Assembly (NCBI GenBank): GCA_027320085.1
Contig: DAHVLZ010000010.1
Location: 53,361-117,360, forward strand
Source of the DNA: Pseudomonadota bacterium
GTDB lineage: Bacteria; Pseudomonadota; Gammaproteobacteria; JAKAQQ01
Reading direction: 5' to 3'
Length of the DNA: 64,000 bases
A model generated the notes under the pieces. The model was not told the origin of the DNA and ran no database searches. It saw only the letters and a program-made list of their open reading frames with translations. Shown piece by piece: positions 61,208 to 64,000 of the stretch. The translations under genes were made by a program, and so were the position numbers. Numbering within the stretch: the first letter of the stretch is position 1; every line of letters begins with the position of its first letter.

Positions 61208-63367
61208 ATGAAACGGACCCTGTTGTTTCTGGTTCTCGTGGCTTTGCCGACGGCAGGATATGCTGCGCCCCACACTGCGAAGACGGAATATCTGGCGGGG
61301 AGGGCTGCCAACCAGCGCGGCGACTACCCACAGGCGATAGGCGACTTCCGTCAATCCGCGAAGCAGGGATACGCCCGTGCGCAGTACAACCTGGGGGTTG
61401 CCTACTTCCTCGGCCATGGTGTCCCGCAGAACGACGGGGAGGCCATGAAATGGTTTCGCCTGGCTGCCATGCGGGGAGACGCCAAAGCGGGGTACAGCCT
61501 GGGAGGAATGTACCACTACGGCCTGGGCGTTCCGCAGAACTACACCAAGGCCGTGAAGTGGTATCACCTGGCTGCCGCGCAAGGATACGGCCGGGCGCAG
61601 TTCAGACTGGGGAACGCCTACCTCCACCAAGGACAGGGTATTCCACAGAACCACGCCAAGGCCATAAAAAAGGCCAGGAAATGGTTTCACCTATGGGGGC
61701 TGAGCAGAATAGTGCACAACTGCGGCCATGGCATCCCGCAAAGCTACGCCCAGAATGTGAAGCGGTATCGCCGGGCTGCCGGGCGGGGAGAGGCCTGGGC
61801 GCAGTATGGCTTGGGCGTTGCCTACGCCTGCGGCGAAGGCGTCCCCCAGAACTTTGCCAAGGCTGCGAAGTGGTATCGCCGGGCTGCCATGCAGAGATAC
61901 ATCCAAGCAGAGTACAGACTGGGAATTGCATACTTCGGCGTGGGTGTCCGGTCCAACTTCACCAAGGCGGTGAAGTGGTTTCGCATGGCCGCCATGCGGG
62001 AAGACGCCAAAGCGGAATACTTCCTTGGGGCAATGTACGCCTCTGGTCAGGGCGTCCCGCAGAACTACCCCAAGGCGGTGAAGTGGTATCACCTGGCTGC
62101 CGTGCGAGGATACGCCAAGGCACAGTACAGCCTGGGTCAAATGTACGCCTACGGCTGGGGTGTCCCGAAGAACAACGCCGCGGCCGTGAAGTGGTATCGT
62201 CTGGCCGCCATGCAGGGATACGCCAGGGCGCAGAACAGCCTGGGAGCAATGTACGCCCACGGCAGGGGCGTCCCGAAGAACTACGCCAAAGCGGTGCAGT
62301 GGTTTCGTCTGGCCATCGTGCAGGGAACCCCGATGGGATACATCCAAGCGCTGAACAACCTGGGGGATGCCTACTACCTCGGCCATGGCGTCCCGAAGAA
62401 TTACGCCAAGGCGGCGAAGTGGTATCACCTGACTGGATACCCCAAGGCACTGAACAGACTGGGAACCATGTACGCCCACGGCCAGGGCGTCCCACAGAAC
62501 TTCGCCCAGGCGGTGAAGTTGTTTCGCAAGGATGCCGCGTGGGGATACGAATTTCGGGAGATCAACGTAGTGAGGGTTCCTTCCCCCTCAGGCAAGGGTG
62601 CCCCGCAGAACGACCTCAAGATTGGGAAGGGACACGTTTCGGGATATGCCAGGGCGCAGTACAACCTGGGGGATGCCTACTACCTCGGCCAAGGCGTCCC
62701 GAAGAATTACACCAAGGCGGTGAAGTGGTATCGCCTGGCCGCCGCGCAGAAAGACGCCAAGGCGCAGTACAGCCTGGGTGCCATGTACGCTCACGGCCAA
62801 GGTGTTCCGAAGAACTGCGTCTTGGCGCTCAAGTGGTTCCTCATTGCCAAGGCGAGCGGTGATAAAAACACCACCCAACCAATGCGCCTCATGGAACGGA
62901 TCGCCACCCCGGCACAGATTGCCCAAGCGCGGATCCTTGCGCTCCGCTGGTTGGCGGCGCATTCAGGCCCGTCTGCACGACCGGGACCTGGAGGAGAACC
63001 GATGACTGCTTCCTTCTCGAGGGCGGTGGCTCAGGCTTTGTACCGATGTATGCAAGGGCATCACCCCCTACAGAACTTCGTGGCAGGCTTGGGTGGGACG
63101 GCTACTGTCGCATTTGTGTATCAAAACCAGCAGGCCACTTATGTGGAGTTGCGACAGTCGACTGGCCACCCCAGCCTGGATCGGGCCATTATGAGCGCGG
63201 TTCGCACCTGTCCGTTGCCAGCAGTACCCCGCGGCGTGATCAAACGTTCATTCCTTGTTCAGATCGAAGTGAGGCCCGGGAACGGCAGGTCGTGCAGTCT
63301 TGGAACTGCCCCCCCGGCTGGAGGAAGGGGGCGACCCGGCCGATGCAGCGGGAGTGGGCTAAACTGA
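61208..63367 (+). CDS. Secreted Sel1-like repeat protein with TonB-C-like C-terminus
   Basis: Signal peptide MKRTLLFLVLVALPTAGYA; many 36-aa repeats AQYNLG.MY..G.GVP.NY.KA.KWY..AA; C-terminal QSTGHPSLDRAIMSAV. Confidence 0.9.
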   Translation: MKRTLLFLVLVALPTAGYAAPHTAKTEYLAGRAANQRGDYPQAIGDFRQSAKQGYARAQYNLGVAYFLGHGVPQNDGEAMKWFRLAAMRGDAKAGYSLGGMYHYGLGVPQNYTKAVKWYHLAAAQGYGRAQFRLGNAYLHQGQGIPQNHAKAIKKARKWFHLWGLSRIVHNCGHGIPQSYAQNVKRYRRAAGRGEAWAQYGLGVAYACGEGVPQNFAKAAKWYRRAAMQRYIQAEYRLGIAYFGVGVRSNFTKAVKWFRMAAMREDAKAEYFLGAMYASGQGVPQNYPKAVKWYHLAAVRGYAKAQYSLGQMYAYGWGVPKNNAAAVKWYRLAAMQGYARAQNSLGAMYAHGRGVPKNYAKAVQWFRLAIVQGTPMGYIQALNNLGDAYYLGHGVPKNYAKAAKWYHLTGYPKALNRLGTMYAHGQGVPQNFAQAVKLFRKDAAWGYEFREINVVRVPSPSGKGAPQNDLKIGKGHVSGYARAQYNLGDAYYLGQGVPKNYTKAVKWYRLAAAQKDAKAQYSLGAMYAHGQGVPKNCVLALKWFLIAKASGDKNTTQPMRLMERIATPAQIAQARILALRWLAAHSGPSARPGPGGEPMTASFSRAVAQALYRCMQGHHPLQNFVAGLGGTATVAFVYQNQQATYVELRQSTGHPSLDRAIMSAVRTCPLPAVPRGVIKRSFLVQIEVRPGNGRSCSLGTAPPAGGRGRPGRCSGSGLN

Positions 63368-63413
63368 TGAAAAGCGCAGCCTGCTGCGTGAATCAGGAGA
63401 AAGGAGCGATCCA

Positions 63414-63761
63414 ATGATATACAAAGGTAGCTGCCATTGTGGGCAGATCGCGTTCGAAGCCGAAGGAAACCTGGAGAAAATTATGGAGTGCAATTGCTCG
63501 ATTTGCAGCAAGCGTGGTTCGCTTCACTGGTTTATCGCCCGCGAGAATTTTCGTTTGCTCAGTCCGGAGGACGGCCTGGGCACATACACATTCAACAAGC
63601 ACACCATCAAACATCGCTACTGCCCCAAGTGCGGGTGTGCGCCATTTAGCGAAGGCATAGCGCCTTCTGGTAGCTACATGGTTGCTATTAACGCCCGTTG
63701 CTTGGATGGTGTCGACTGGTCACCGATCAAGGTGGGGCATTTTGATGGGCGCAGCCTTTGA
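63414..63761 (+). CDS. GFA/CENP-V family protein
   Basis: GSCHCG, CNCSIC, CPKCG, AINARC. Confidence 0.92.
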   Translation: MIYKGSCHCGQIAFEAEGNLEKIMECNCSICSKRGSLHWFIARENFRLLSPEDGLGTYTFNKHTIKHRYCPKCGCAPFSEGIAPSGSYMVAINARCLDGVDWSPIKVGHFDGRSL

Positions 63762-63852
63762 GTACCCGACGCTCCACCAGGCGCTCAAGCGGAACGTGCC
63801 GCACACGACCCGCCCCTTAGCTTTCCCCAGAGCCGTAATTGGGAGGATCCCC

Positions 63853-64000
63853 ATGAAGTCATCCCTGCGCTTGGCGATCTTCCCGCTCGTGACCGTTCTT
63901 CTCGCGTCGTGCGCCGTGGGCCCACCGGACATGCTGACGCACGCGAAGGCACCCATCCCCCAGGATCAGGTCAGTTTCTGGCTCAAGCCGACCTGGCCGG
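63853..64000 (+). CDS. Lipoprotein (partial, runs off window end)
   Basis: GGAGG RBS, MKSSLRLAIFPLVTVLLASC lipobox. Confidence 0.6.
   Translation, partial: MKSSLRLAIFPLVTVLLASCAVGPPDMLTHAKAPIPQDQVSFWLKPTWP

Noticed and set aside
61300-62850. Tandem DNA repeats as a CRISPR array
   Set aside because: They are 108-bp in-frame coding Sel1 repeats with no unique spacers and no cas genes.

Overview
High-GC gammaproteobacterial chromosome. The housekeeping backbone is tadA | guaA-guaB, xseA-dacB, ndk-rlmN-pilW-rodZ-hisS-yfgM-bamB-der, iscS-iscU-like-iscA, suhB, queA-tgt-yajC-secD-secF and tRNA-Leu(CAA). It is interrupted by accessory regions. (1) A MOB-F relaxase plus coupling protein at the left edge. 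(2) A decayed, multi-layer island at the guaA 3' end (~5.2-11.2 kb) with TA systems, AbiE and an IS5 remnant. (3) A small NYN/DinJ-YafQ insert. (4) A ~21 kb defence island integrated in tRNA-Leu(CAA), bounded by a 58-bp direct repeat (38049-38106 / 59168-59225), followed by a further att copy at ~61.0 kb. The large island carries a broken tyrosine integrase immediately followed by a second tRNA-Leu(CAA) split by a 235-nt group I intron with a C-G (not U.G) 5' splice site. It also carries an Xre-HTH + IrrE/ImmA peptidase pair divergent from tiny GIY-YIG-like and HNH-like genes, a type III R-M operon extended by a PHP-ATPase and a Schlafen/AlbA protein, a CBASS-like cyclase with a broken 4TM effector, and an intact AbiE. 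All calls come from motif reading only; no database searches were run.
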